The notes beneath the pieces were generated by a model. The model was not told the origin of the DNA and did not search any database. It was given only the letters and a program-made list of their open reading frames with translations. A stretch of DNA of 55,073 nucleotides, counting the filler, from Blastocystis sp. subtype 4 (taxonomy: Eukaryota), in NCBI RefSeq assembly GCF_000743755.1. It is 2 parts of 2 records of this genome, joined end to end, with 100 filler letters (N's around TTAATTAATTAA, not from the genome) between each part and the next. Parts side by side here need not be neighbours in the genome. Positions count along the whole stretch, not along the records: positions 1 to 27,514 come from NW_014569405.1; 1 more part is not named here. The stretch is one strand, 5' to 3'. A program made the translations under genes and the position numbers. Positions 12,320-24,355 of this stretch are shown in pieces. Position 1 is the stretch's first letter, and each line of letters begins with the position of its first letter.

Positions 12320-15313
12320 CTTACATGTTTACAATTGATGATTCTTATTTTTTTGGATAAGTAGAACTCTCTACAATGCTATTCTTCTTTGCATCCTTTT
12401 GTTACATGGTCGTATCCTAACGTTAATTGCTATAGATCATTGTATTACCTTGATTTACTTGAGATTCTATAGCGAACACAATCATTCAGATTTTTGTCTG
12501 CTCTCAAATTCGCAAACCACAGGGTTATTGACACTACAAAAGGTCGAAAATGCAATCACTGAAGGAAGATTCGTGTTTGCTGTTCTCATCGACTGTTTTC
12601 CCTCATAACGGTTTTTGTTTCTATCAGCAATAATTTGTAGCTCGAATAAAGGACAAGAGTTCAATCCCCTGGGGTGTTGCTATTCATCCTTTAAATCCAC
12701 GAGTTGACTTTCAAGTCTAGTTAGGATTTCTGTTTCATGTCTAGAAAACGAATATTTCACAACAAGACTTACCTCGGTGTCAGAAATGCTTCGGTTATTT
12801 GAACATGTATTGTATGTTCGACTCAAAATCGTGGAGGTGTCCTCTCTGCCAACATAGAAACTCGTATGATAGGAATTCATTAGATGGTCGGTATTTGTCC
12901 AGTATTGAAAGGAGTCGATGTCCTGAATGTGTGTATCCAAATATCATTCTTGAAAGTGATCTTGTCAGCACAGAGTATTCCTGTAACAACTTCTTTATCT
13001 CTAGCAAAGAGTATCCATATGATTCCAAAGCAAGGGAAATTCTAGTCCTGGTGATCGATTGCACTTCTTGCAATGAATTTCTACAATTCATCAAGAGTAC
13101 ATTGAATGCACTCATCTCGTCATATCGCGGAGAAGCTGATATTTGTATCTTGCTTTTATATTGTTCTGATTTAGTGATATTCACCTCTGGTGATCGTCTT
13201 GGCATTTACAACATCAAACACTCTCTTGTGAAGATTCTGGTTATTCTATTTCAATTCAATCATTTCTAGTATACTCGATTAGTTTCATCTGAAGAAGAAG
13301 AAACTTCTGAGAGGATCCCCTTGATTTCAGTCATGAGTTTTGATGAAAGTTCTGCGAATCTAGCAACGTATCGATCGAACGCTCTTGGTGCAATATCTTC
13401 CATTCAACGACTTCGAGGAGAATTGTGGCATTTGATGGATTTGTTTCATTCTAGTTGTTTTGCTGAAACCATGCGAATGGTAACAGAGTATCTCCATAAT
13501 CTCTACAAGCAAGGTCGAATTATCGGGGGAAGACTGATTTGCTCCATTTTCCGGAATTCAGAAGATAGTCGAATAAATCCCTATGGCGATAATGGTACAT
13601 ATTCTAGAAGTGACTCATATAGTATACCCACCATCTAACGAGCAAGATGCATCCAATAGACTTCGTGCTACCAATTCGGTTTACTATCAAATTGTATGCA
13701 TCTCGAAGTATTGTTGATTGAGTAGATGCAAAAACTCCAACAAATTGGATTGTCATGTGATATTCTCAACAATATTACTGACAATTCACAGTTTGGAGTT
13801 ACACAGAATCGCATCGATCCAGTTCTTCTGCAGCAACTTTGTGCATCCACCAATGGAAATTTCATTTGTGTGGATATTTTGAATTCGGAGAGTGTGAAGA
13901 AGGCAACGCAACATGTTCTGTCATTTCTGCAAGGAGAGTATGGATTTGATGTAAGACAAGCAAATTACATTTATTGTTGTAGTGCGTATTTCGGATTCGA
14001 TCGAGTGGAGGAGTGGTTATTACGAACATTGGTGACTCCTTATCCAATGCAGATAACAATCATGATATTGGTATTCGAGGATTACAATTCTCGAGTAATA
14101 GCAGTCAAGTGAATCGAATATCATTCATTCATTCTAATACAGTCATTCCATTTGATTTCCAATACAATAGTCCAAAAGGTAGAAATTGGCTCTATTTTTG
14201 GATTTAGGTTCGACCATTACTATTGATGATTTCCCTCTTATCCAACTCGTTGTTGAATATACAACAATGAAAACAGTACAGCTGATAGTTCTATGTAAAA
14301 TAAAGGTTGAAAAGGATTCGAAACTCGTCTCTTTCCCAATTCGTCGGATGCGAATGTATCTTTGTTTTCGAATCATTATCGATAGTTCTTCAGTAGAGTA
14401 CAAGGTATCTACGAGTATTATGGATATTTATTCAAATTCCAATCCTTCTGTGATTATTTACATGCTTCTACACAAAGTATGAATCCCCGCGGTTTTGATC
14501 AATAGACACTTCATTCTCTAACATCTCGAGGATTTGAAGAGAGCCGACTATTACTTCGAGAATGGTTATTAGCCTTCTTTACTCGTTATATGATGTATAT
14601 TCGGAAGTGAGAGTAATGATACATGATGATCCATAGACAGAAACAAGCAATCGATTATACATTCAAAACTATTCCTAAATTGAAGATTGTTCCGAAATAT
14701 GTACTATTTTTGGAATTCCCAATATATAGATCTATAGTAGCATTTTGGGTCCATTTTTGAATGTTCCCTTACCAGAGTCGTTTGCAAGTGTATTACAAGA
14801 AGTGAATACTGTCTTGTATTTATTTGTGTTCCTTTGTTAATGTAGTCATCTATCACCACTTCTTCTCTCACGGTATCTCTATCCACAACTATCAGCTTAT
14901 AAAGACGAGAATTCATTGGATATTCCTCGATTGAATTTATCATTACGTTCTCTGATAGCTGTGTGAGTAATGATTCAGAGCTATGATGATTAGTGATCGT
15001 CCATTCTACCTGTATGTGAGTTATGATCGAATTGTCGCATATTCCAATTCAGATATGATTATGAATGATCCCAACAGTAGGAATAGGAATGAAGTGAGAA
15101 TCACTAGGTTTAATTGAAAAGACACTTCAACGATTGTGTGATGAATCAAAGAATTGTTTTCCTATTTGTGTGGAGTTCTGGACAAGTGAGCGAGATGGAG
15201 AATTGTTTCGGAAGTTGATGATTGACGATAATTCTGATCCATCGAAATGTTTTGCGACATTGGAATCATCAATTATTGATGTGGTTATGCAAACCTTAAT
15301 GAATCGAAAATGA
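12320..15313 (+). CDS. Divergent Sec23/Sec24-family protein, multi-exon (start approximate)
   Basis: Zinc finger PRCQKCFGYLNMYCMFDSKSWRCPLCQHRN followed by trunk/vWA-like LVLVIDCT. Stop TGA at 15311-15313, then TGTTTGTT at 15319-15326. Confidence 0.7.
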
Positions 15314-15342
15314 GTGATTGTTTGTTTGAAAGAAACAAGAGA

Positions 15343-18300
15343 CTATTTGAACATATATTGCATGAGAGCTGAGAGAAGAAGAATGGCTGATGTTGAATAC
15401 AGAACCAATTTCTTTTCATCTCTCGTCCATTCACTCACCTTCTTCAGATCACGTTCTTTTGGTTTGATTGATTGAATCTCTTGTTTCAACTTACAGACAT
15501 CACATATTTTATTCTTCAATTGCTTACACTTTTTGCATTCACTTTGAGGTTCTTCTCCATGAACAAACTGCGTTAAATCCTTTACAACACTTCGGACTGA
15601 TTCTGCATTTTGTTCCTTTTCCTTCAAACAACGTTTTAATGATGCATTCGAGTCTTGTATCTTTTTCAACTGTTCTTCCAGTGTTGATCTGAATTCTGCT
15701 TCATTCTTCAATCGTTCTTCCAGTGTTGATCTGGATTCTGCTTCATTCTTCAATCGTTCTTCCCATTCAATCTTCAGTCCAGTTTCCCTCTTCAACTGTT
15801 GCTCCAATTGTTCTCTCACTTGAGACTCATGTCCCAGCTGATTCTCCAGCTCAGATTTTGACCCTGTTTCCCTTTTCAATTTCTCTTCTAACAGAGAATT
15901 AGACTCCATAACACTTTGCAATCTCTCCTCTACATCTAATCTTGACTTCAATTCTGCTTGTAGTTGTTCCACTTCTGTCTGCTTACAACCAAGCTCTTCC
16001 TCTAGCCGTTGTACCTGAGACGAAAGCTGTTGATTCAACCGAACGGAATCCTCCATATGAAGTGCCATTAACTCTGCTTCACATTGATGCAAGCGACGAG
16101 ATAGGGTGGATACCATGGAGGAGTATGCATCCAAAAGAGAATCACGATCAGCTGAGGTATTGAGAAGAGCATGAAGATCACCAATTTCCTTCTCCAATTC
16201 AGAAATATGGTGAATTTGTGACTCACAAGTATTTGTGAGATTAGATACTGTATTTTGATAAGACTCAATTGATGAATAGGCTTCAGAACACTTCAATTTG
16301 AGAGAATTGACACAAGTCAAAGTCTGCTCGAATGCAGAAGAGATTGATGTGAGATCTTCAGACTGTTGCCTAACTACGGAGTTGAGTGAATCAATCTCAG
16401 TCTCCTTCTCTGAAATAGAAGCAGTCAATACTGTCATGGTCGATGACTTCTCTTCAAGTTCTGATTTCAGTGATTCAATCTCAATCTCATTCTCTGAGAT
16501 AGAAGCAGTCAGAGCAGTTACATTCGAGGTCTTCTCAGACAGCTCGTACTTCAATGAATCATTCTCACTATTCAGGGATTCAATCTGAGATTTCAGCGAA
16601 TTGATCTCATTCTCATTCTCAGCAACGGTAGCAGTCAGAGCAGTTATACTCGATGTCTTATCAGACAACTCTGATTTCAGTGATTCAATCTCATTCTCAT
16701 TCTCTGCGAGAGAAGTAGTTAAAGTTGTAATACTCGATGACTTCTCAGATAGTTCAGACTTCAATGAATCAATCTTATTCTCATCCTCCCTGACAATGGC
16801 AGTTAGCGCATCCACACTTGATGTCTTTTCTGCAAGCTCAGATATCAGTGTATCAATCTCATTCTCATTCTGAGAAACAGAAGAAGTCAACTGTATCACA
16901 CTTGAAGTCTTCTCAGCTAATTCTGATTTCAATGAATCGATCTGAGATTTCAGCGACTCGATTTCATTATCGTTTTCGGACACAGCAGAAGTTAATGCTG
17001 TCACATTCATTGATTTCTCAGCTAGTTCAGAATTCAATGAATCGATTTCATTCTTCAGCGAGTCAATCTCAGCTTCATTCTCTAAGAGAGTGGCAGATAA
17101 TGCAGTCAAACTTGATGACTTCTCGGATAATTCAGACTTCAGTGAGTCAAGCTCAGACTTCAATGAATCGATCTTATTCTCATTCTCTGTGATAGAAGCA
17201 GTCAATGCTGTAATGCTCGATGACTTATCAGCTAGTTCTGACTTCAGCGATTCAATCTCGCTTTCCTTCTCAGAAGTAGCAACAGTCAGAGCAGTTACAT
17301 TCGATGTCTTTTCCACCAGTTCAGTCTTTAATGATTCAATTTCATTCTCATTCTCTGAAAGAGTCATAGTTAATGCAGTAACACTCGATATCTTCTCAGA
17401 TAACTCAGACTTCAATGAATCATTCTCACTCTCTAATTCAGAGAGAGTTGCATTCATTGTAGCCACCATTAAAGATTTCTCAGACAACCTAGATTTCACT
17501 GATTCCATCTCAGTCTTCAGTGATTCGATTTCAGTGTTATTTTCAGTGACAGTAGCAGTTAGAGTATTCACATTCAATGTCTTATCAGCAAGTTCAGATT
17601 TCAATGAATCAATCTCATTGTCATTCTCGGCAAGAGAAGCAGTCAATACTGTAATGCTCGATGTCTTATCAGTTAGTTCAGACTTCAATGAATCGATTTC
17701 ATTCTCATTCTCAGTAATAGAAGCAGTCAGAGCTGACTTCTCGGATAACTCAGACTTCAATGAATCGATTTCATTCTTCAGTGATTCAATCTGAGATTTC
17801 AATGATTCAGTTTCACTCGCATTCTCGGAGAGAGTGGTAGTCAGGGCATCAATGTTTGATGTTTTATCAGATAGTTCATTCTTCAGTGATTCTATTTCAG
17901 ACCTAAGTGATTCAGTTTCACTCTCATTCTCAGAGAGAGTGGCAGTCAGGGCATCAATATTTGATGTTTTATCAGATAGTTCATTCTTCAGTGATTCAAT
18001 CTCATTCTCTTTTTCAGCAACAGTAGCAGTCAGAATAGCCACATTTGATGACTTCTCTGATAATTCGGAATTCAATGATTCAATCTCAGACTTCAGTGAA
18101 TCAATCTCATTCTCATTCTTGGAAAGAGTGGCAATTAATGTATCCACACTTGATATCTCATCAGCAAGTTCATTCTTCAGTGATTCAATCTCGTTTTCAT
18201 TTTCAGTTACAGCAGTAGTCAGGGCTATTATACTTGATGTTTTGTCAGACAATTCAGATTCTAGCAATTCAATCTGAGATTTCAATGAATCGATTCCACT

Positions 18301-21300
18301 CTCGTTTTCAGTGACAGTAGCAGTCAGAGTATCAACATTCAATGATTTCTCAGCAAGTTCTGACTTTATTGATTCGATTTCATTATCTTTCTCTAAGACA
18401 GAAGCAGTCAGAGCAGCAATATTCGACGACTTCTCAGACAATTCAATTTGCAGTGACTGGATCTCGTTTTCATTCTCAGCAATAGCGGCGGTCAACGCGG
18501 TTACACTCGATGTCTTCTCAGCAAGTTCTGATTTCAGTGATTCAATCTCATTCTTGTTCTCAGTGATAGAAGTAGTCAAAGAAGCCACATATGATGTCCT
18601 CTCAACAAGCTCAGACTTCAATGATTTGATTTCAGATTTCAGTGATTCAATCTCATTCTCATTCTCAGAGATAGAAACAGTTAATGCAGTTACAGTTGAA
18701 GTCTTATCCAATAACTGATTCTGTAGTGAATCAATCTCATTCTGAAGTGTATCGATCTCATTCTCATTCTCTGAAATAGAAGCAGTCAGAGCAGTTACAC
18801 TGGACATCTTCTCAGACAATTCTGATTTCAATGAATCGATCTGAGATTTCAGCGAATTGATCTCACTCTCATTTTCAGTAACAGTAGCAGTCAGAGCAGC
18901 CACATTCGATGTCTTATCAGACAACTCAGACTTCAATGAATCTATCTCATTCTTCAATGATTCAGTTTTACTCTCATTCTCAGAAATAGAAGCAGTTAGA
19001 GTAGTTATACTCGATGTCTTATCAGATAACTCTGATTTCAATGATTCAATCTCATTCTCATTCTCTGTGATAGAAGTATTCAATGCAATTACTATTGATG
19101 ACTTCTCCTCCAGCTCAGATTTCAATGAATCAATCTCAGTCTCATTCTCAGCAACAGTAGCCGTCAGAGCAGTTACACTGGATATATTTTCAGACAATTG
19201 ATTCTGTAATGAATCGATCTCGTTCTTCAGTGACTCAATTTCGTTCTCATTCTCAGAGAGAGTAGTAGTCAATGCGTCCATACTCGAGCTTCTATCAGAT
19301 AATTCATTCTTCAGTGTATCAATCTCAGACTTCATGGATTCCATGTTAGTCTCATTCTCTGAAATAGAAGCAGTCAAAGCAGTTACATCCGAAGTTTTCT
19401 TAGATAATTCTGATTTCAATGATTCGATCTGAGACTTCAATGATTCAATCTCAGCTTCATTCTCTGAGAGAGAAGCAGTCAGAGTATCAATATTTGATGA
19501 CTTCTCAGACAATTCAGATTTCATCGAATCCATCTCAGTCTTCAGTAAGTTCATGCTACTCTCCTTCTCACCCACAGTAGCAGTTAGAACTGCCATGCTT
19601 GCTGTCTTATGAGACAATTCATTCTTCAATGAATCAATCTCACTATCCTTCTCAGTGATAGAAGCAGTCAATACTGTAATGCTCGATGTCTTATCAGTTA
19701 GTTCAGACTTCAATGAATCGATTTCATTCTCATTCTCAGTAATAGAAGCAGTCAGAGCTGTTGATGACTTCTCAGATAGTTCAGACTTCAATGAATCGAT
19801 CTCATTCTTCAGTGATTCAATCTGAGATTTCAATGATTCAGTTTCATTCTCATTCTCAGTAATAGTAGCAGTCAGAGCAGTTATACTCGATGTCTTATCA
19901 ACAAGTTCATTCTTCAATGATTCAATTTCATTCTCATTCTCTGTGATAGTAGCAGTCAACGCATTTACACTTGACATCTTCTCAGCAAGTTCATTCTTCA
20001 ATGAATTGATCTTAGTCTCATTCTCAGCAATAGTAGCAGTCAGAGCAGTTATACTCGATGTCTTATCAACAAGCTCATTCTTCAGTGATTCAATTTCATT
20101 CTCATTCTCAGAGAGAGTAGCAGTTAGCGCATCTACATTCGATATCTTCTCAGACAGGTCATTCTTCAGTGATTCAATCTCAGACTTCATGGATTTGCAC
20201 TCATTCTCATTCTCTGTGATAGATGCAGTCAGAGAAGTTACATTCGATGTCTTATCAGATAATTCTGATTTCAGTGATTCAATCTCACTATCCTTCTCAG
20301 TGATAGAAGCAGTCAATACTGTAATGCTCGATGACTTATCAGTTAGTTCAGACTTCAATGAATCGATTTCATTCTCATTCTCAGTAATAGAAGCAGTCAG
20401 AGCATCAATTGTTGATGACTTCTCAACAAGCTCAGACTTCAATGAATCAATCTGAGATTTCAATGATTCAATCTCATTCTCATTCTCAGCAATAGAAGTA
20501 GTCAATACTGTAATGCTCGATATCTTATCAGACAATTCATTCTTCAATGACTCTAGTTCTGTCTCATTCTCTGTGATAGATGCAGTCAGAGCAGCCACAT
20601 TTGATGACTTCTCTGCAAGCTCAGATTTCAGTGATTCAATCTCACTCTCATTCTCAGCAATAGTAGCAGTCAATGCAGTGATACCCGAAGTCTTATCAGA
20701 CAATTCAGACTTCAGTGAATCAATCTCAGACTCATTCTCTGAGAGAGAAGCAGTTAAAGCTGTAATGTTCAATGACTTCTCTTCAAGTTCTGACTTCAGT
20801 GATTCAATCTCAGACTTCATGGATTTACACTCATTCTCATTTTCAGATGTAGTAGCAGTCAAAGTATCAACAATTGAGATCTTCTCAGCAAGATCTGAAT
20901 TCAGTGATTTGATCTTAGACCTCAGTGATTCAGTCTCATTCTCATTCTCTGCGAGAGAAGCAGTTAAAGCTGTAATGCTCGATGACTTCTCAGATAACTC
21001 AGACTTCAATGAATCGATCTTAGTCTCATTCTCAGAAATAGTAGCAATCAGGGTATTTACCCTCGATGTCTTATCAACAAGCTCATTCTTCAGTGATTCA
21101 ATTTCATTCTCATTCTCTGTGATAGAAGCAGTCAGAGCATCAATTGTTGATGACTTCTCTGCCAGATCAGCTTTCAATGAATCGATCTTGCTTTCATTCT
21201 TGGAAATAGTGGCAGTTATACTCGATGTCATATCAGATAATTCAGACTTTAGGGATTCAATCTCATTCTTCAATGAACCTATTTCTGTCTCATTCTCAGC

Positions 21301-24012
21301 AACAGTAGCAGTCAATACTGTAATGCTCGATGTCTTATCAGACAATTCAGACTTCAGTGAATCGATCACATTCTCATTCTCTGTGATAGATACAGTCAGA
21401 GCATCAATTGTCGATGACTTCTCGGATAACTCAGATTTCAATGAATCGATCTCAGACTCATTCTCTGAGAGAGAAGCAGTTAAAGCTGTAATACTCGATG
21501 ATTTCTCTTCAAGTTCTGATTTCAATGATTCAATCTCAGACTTCATGGATTCCATGTTAGTCTCATTCTTTGAGATAGATGCAGTCAGAGAAGTTACATT
21601 CGAAGTCTTATCAGATAATTCTGATTTCAATGATTCAATCTCACTATCCTTCTCAGTGATAGAAGCAGTCAATGCTGTAATGCTCAATGACTTATCAGTT
21701 AGTTCAGACTTCAATGAATCTATCTCGTTCTCATTCTCAGTAATAGAAGCAGTCAGAGCAGCCACATTTGATGACTTCTCGGATAACTCAGACTTCAATG
21801 AATCTATCTCGTTCTCCTTTTCAGCAATAGTAGCAGTCAGGGCATCAATATTTGACATCTTCTCAGATAACTCAGACTTCAGTGAATCAATCTCAGACTC
21901 ATTCTCTGTGATCGATACAGTCAGAGCATTCATATTTGATGATTTTTCAGATAATTCTGACTTCAATGAATCGATCTCATTCTTCAGTGATTCAATCGCA
22001 CTCTCATTCTCAGCAATAGTAGCAGTAAGAGCATTCACATTCGATGTCTTATCAGACAATTCAGACTTCAGTGAATCAATCTCAGACTCATTCTTTGAGA
22101 GAGAAGCAGTTAAAACTGTAATACTCGATGACTTCTCAGCAAGTTCTGATTTCAATGATTCAATCTCATTCTCATTCTCAGCAATAGAAGCAGTCAGAAC
22201 ATCAACAACCGATGACTTCTCAGATAATTCACTTTTCAATGATTCGATCTCAGTCTCACTCTTTGAGAGAGAAGCAGTCAATACATCTACACTTGATGTC
22301 TTCTCAGCAAGTTCATTCTTCAATGATTCAATTTGGTTCTCCTTTTCAGAAATAGTAGCAGTCAGGGCATCTACACTCGATGTCTTATCAACAAGCTCAT
22401 TCTTCAGTGATTCAATTTCATTCCCATTCTCAGAAATAGAAGCAGTCAGAGCATCAATTGTTGACGACTTCTCGGATAGTTCAGACTTCAATGAATCTAT
22501 CTCGTTCTCCTTTTCAGCAATAGAAGCAGTCAGAGTATTTATATTTGACATCTTCTCAGATAACTCAGACTTCAGTGAATCGATCTCATTCTCATTCTTT
22601 GTGATAGAAGCAGTCAGGGCATCTACACCCGATGTCTTATCAGTAAGTTCATTCTTCAATGATTCAATCTCACTTTCTTTCTCACTGATAGAAGCAGTCA
22701 ATACTGTAATGCTCGATGACTTATCAGATAGTTCAGACTTCAGTGAATCGATTTCATTCTTCAGTGATTCAATCTGAGATTTCAATGATTCAGTTTCAGT
22801 TTCATTCTCAGTAATAGAAGCAGTCAGAACAGCCACATTTGATGACTTCTCAGATAGTTCAGACTTCAATGATTCAATCTCATTCTTCAGTGATTCAATC
22901 TGAGATTTCAATGATTCAGTTTCATTCTCATTCTCAGTAATAGAAGCAGTCAGAGCAGTTATACTCGATGTCTTATCAACAAGCTCATTCTTCAATGATT
23001 CAATTTCATTCTCATTCTCTGTGATAGTAGCAGTCAGAGCATCAATTGTTGATGACTTTTCAGCAAGTTCAGAATTTAGTGAATCGATCTCGCTTTTATT
23101 CTCAGAAACAGTGGTAGTCAGAGCAGTAACACTCAAAGTCTTCTCAGACAATTCAGTCATCAGTGATTCAATTTGATTCTTCAGTGATTCGATCTCATTA
23201 TCATTCTCCGTGATAGAAGCAGTAAGAACATCAATACTCGATATCTTCTCAGATAACTCGGATTTAAGTGAATCGATCTCATTCCTCAGTGAATCAATCT
23301 CACTCTCCTTCTCAGAGATAGAAAAAGTTAATACACTCATACTTGATGTCTTCTCAGATAATTCATTTTTCAATGACTCAATCTCACTCTCATTCTCAGA
23401 GGCAGTAACAGTTAAGGCACTCACTATGGACTGTTGTTCGCACAATTCATCCTTTATCCTTTCATAATCCTGCTTGAAATTCAGGAGTTCGGCTTCCTTT
23501 TCTGACAGTGTTTGCTGTGTTGAATGAATCTTTTCCTTCAGAGAGTTGATTTCAGTCTCATGGTCAATTGCATTATCCCGAGTCTCATTCACATTCGTTT
23601 TGATCTCTTCCATTTGTATTCTCATTCTCTTCATCTCTTCTTCCAAGTTATCTCTTTGACTCTCCGTTTCTTTGAATACTTGAATGCATTTGTCTGCTAC
23701 AGTAATCGTATCCGGAATATCCCCAATACCTTTCAGGATACCGACTTGAATCTTTTGCAGCGACTGACTTAACTTAATGCATTCATTCTTTTGTATTGAA
23801 TACAAATGCTCTGCATCATCCAACTGTTCTTTACATTTTGCTAAGGCAAGTTGTAGACGAGCATTCTCTTGGTTCTTCTTTTCACATTCCTCATTAGACT
23901 GGTTTAACAATTCTGTTGTTTCCTGTAGCTCTTCTTCATAGGCGGATAAGGTATACACCTTTTCTTCCAGCTGACTTTCTAAATCTTCAATTCTTGCTTC
24001 GTAGTCCGTCAT
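15343..24012 (-). CDS. Giant (2889 aa) intronless coiled-coil repeat protein with C-terminal TM anchor (golgin/giantin-like architecture)
   Basis: Single ORF with heptad repeats; last residues LVLYSTSAILLLSALMQYMFK are hydrophobic. Confidence 0.85.
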   Translation of the reverse strand: MTDYEARIEDLESQLEEKVYTLSAYEEELQETTELLNQSNEECEKKNQENARLQLALAKCKEQLDDAEHLYSIQKNECIKLSQSLQKIQVGILKGIGDIPDTITVADKCIQVFKETESQRDNLEEEMKRMRIQMEEIKTNVNETRDNAIDHETEINSLKEKIHSTQQTLSEKEAELLNFKQDYERIKDELCEQQSIVSALTVTASENESEIESLKNELSEKTSSMSVLTFSISEKESEIDSLRNEIDSLKSELSEKISSIDVLTASITENDNEIESLKNQIESLMTELSEKTLSVTALTTTVSENKSEIDSLNSELAEKSSTIDALTATITENENEIESLKNELVDKTSSITALTASITENENETESLKSQIESLKNEIESLKSELSEKSSNVAVLTASITENETETESLKSQIESLKNEIDSLKSELSDKSSSITVLTASISEKESEIESLKNELTDKTSGVDALTASITKNENEIDSLKSELSEKMSNINTLTASIAEKENEIDSLKSELSEKSSTIDALTASISENGNEIESLKNELVDKTSSVDALTATISEKENQIESLKNELAEKTSSVDVLTASLSKSETEIESLKSELSEKSSVVDVLTASIAENENEIESLKSELAEKSSSITVLTASLSKNESEIDSLKSELSDKTSNVNALTATIAENESAIESLKNEIDSLKSELSEKSSNMNALTVSITENESEIDSLKSELSEKMSNIDALTATIAEKENEIDSLKSELSEKSSNVAALTASITENENEIDSLKSELTDKSLSITALTASITEKDSEIESLKSELSDKTSNVTSLTASISKNETNMESMKSEIESLKSELEEKSSSITALTASLSENESEIDSLKSELSEKSSTIDALTVSITENENVIDSLKSELSDKTSSITVLTATVAENETEIGSLKNEIESLKSELSDMTSSITATISKNESKIDSLKADLAEKSSTIDALTASITENENEIESLKNELVDKTSRVNTLIATISENETKIDSLKSELSEKSSSITALTASLAENENETESLRSKIKSLNSDLAEKISIVDTLTATTSENENECKSMKSEIESLKSELEEKSLNITALTASLSENESEIDSLKSELSDKTSGITALTATIAENESEIESLKSELAEKSSNVAALTASITENETELESLKNELSDKISSITVLTTSIAENENEIESLKSQIDSLKSELVEKSSTIDALTASITENENEIDSLKSELTDKSSSITVLTASITEKDSEIESLKSELSDKTSNVTSLTASITENENECKSMKSEIESLKNDLSEKISNVDALTATLSENENEIESLKNELVDKTSSITALTATIAENETKINSLKNELAEKMSSVNALTATITENENEIESLKNELVDKTSSITALTATITENENETESLKSQIESLKNEIDSLKSELSEKSSTALTASITENENEIDSLKSELTDKTSSITVLTASITEKDSEIDSLKNELSHKTASMAVLTATVGEKESSMNLLKTEMDSMKSELSEKSSNIDTLTASLSENEAEIESLKSQIESLKSELSKKTSDVTALTASISENETNMESMKSEIDTLKNELSDRSSSMDALTTTLSENENEIESLKNEIDSLQNQLSENISSVTALTATVAENETEIDSLKSELEEKSSIVIALNTSITENENEIESLKSELSDKTSSITTLTASISENESKTESLKNEIDSLKSELSDKTSNVAALTATVTENESEINSLKSQIDSLKSELSEKMSSVTALTASISENENEIDTLQNEIDSLQNQLLDKTSTVTALTVSISENENEIESLKSEIKSLKSELVERTSYVASLTTSITENKNEIESLKSELAEKTSSVTALTAAIAENENEIQSLQIELSEKSSNIAALTASVLEKDNEIESIKSELAEKSLNVDTLTATVTENESGIDSLKSQIELLESELSDKTSSIIALTTAVTENENEIESLKNELADEISSVDTLIATLSKNENEIDSLKSEIESLNSELSEKSSNVAILTATVAEKENEIESLKNELSDKTSNIDALTATLSENESETESLRSEIESLKNELSDKTSNIDALTTTLSENASETESLKSQIESLKNEIDSLKSELSEKSALTASITENENEIDSLKSELTDKTSSITVLTASLAENDNEIDSLKSELADKTLNVNTLTATVTENNTEIESLKTEMESVKSRLSEKSLMVATMNATLSELESENDSLKSELSEKISSVTALTMTLSENENEIESLKTELVEKTSNVTALTVATSEKESEIESLKSELADKSSSITALTASITENENKIDSLKSELDSLKSELSEKSSSLTALSATLLENEAEIDSLKNEIDSLNSELAEKSMNVTALTSAVSENDNEIESLKSQIDSLKSELAEKTSSVIQLTSSVSQNENEIDTLISELAEKTSSVDALTAIVREDENKIDSLKSELSEKSSSITTLTTSLAENENEIESLKSELSDKTSSITALTATVAENENEINSLKSQIESLNSENDSLKYELSEKTSNVTALTASISENEIEIESLKSELEEKSSTMTVLTASISEKETEIDSLNSVVRQQSEDLTSISSAFEQTLTCVNSLKLKCSEAYSSIESYQNTVSNLTNTCESQIHHISELEKEIGDLHALLNTSADRDSLLDAYSSMVSTLSRRLHQCEAELMALHMEDSVRLNQQLSSQVQRLEEELGCKQTEVEQLQAELKSRLDVEERLQSVMESNSLLEEKLKRETGSKSELENQLGHESQVREQLEQQLKRETGLKIEWEERLKNEAESRSTLEERLKNEAEFRSTLEEQLKKIQDSNASLKRCLKEKEQNAESVRSVVKDLTQFVHGEEPQSECKKCKQLKNKICDVCKLKQEIQSIKPKERDLKKVSEWTRDEKKLVLYSTSAILLLSALMQYMFK
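16380..23400 (-). repeat. Degenerate coding tandem repeat, ~84-bp (28-aa) unit with 21-bp insertions
   Basis: Consensus about ENEIESLKSELSEKSSxxxALTASIx, with optional extra heptads such as SQIESLK/NEIDSLK. Confidence 0.9.
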
Positions 24013-24355
24013 ACTTGGGTTTGGAGGTTAGCTATTGCTCTTCTACAGGTCATCCACAAATCGTATTCTAATACCGTTGATATTTTTCAAATAATCTTGT
24101 ATCGCAAGATAACGTTTCTTTACCAAACCTTTAGGAAGTTGACGATAATTACAAAATGTACAATACAGTATGATCACTCATCAATATTGCTATTATGCAT
24201 AGTATTCTCGATTCACAGTGTCTATTGTTGAATTCTGTTCTGTATGTGTTACTATTGTTTCATGTTATTTAGAGCTGAAACAATTGCTCTGTTGAGGATT
24301 AGAAATATTAGATTATTTCTCAGTAATCGTAGTTGATTCATGCTTTTCTGGCCCC

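Noticed and set aside
16380..23400. CRISPR-like or satellite interpretation of the periodic repeats
   Set aside because: Degenerate, codon-structured, in one open frame, with no unique spacers; eukaryotic context.
16298..23467. Long plus-strand ORFs (up to 754 aa) antisense to the giant repeat gene
   Set aside because: They mirror the biased repeat codons and are broken by a stop wherever the sense strand has TCA/TTA/CTA in the matching position. No independent gene signals.
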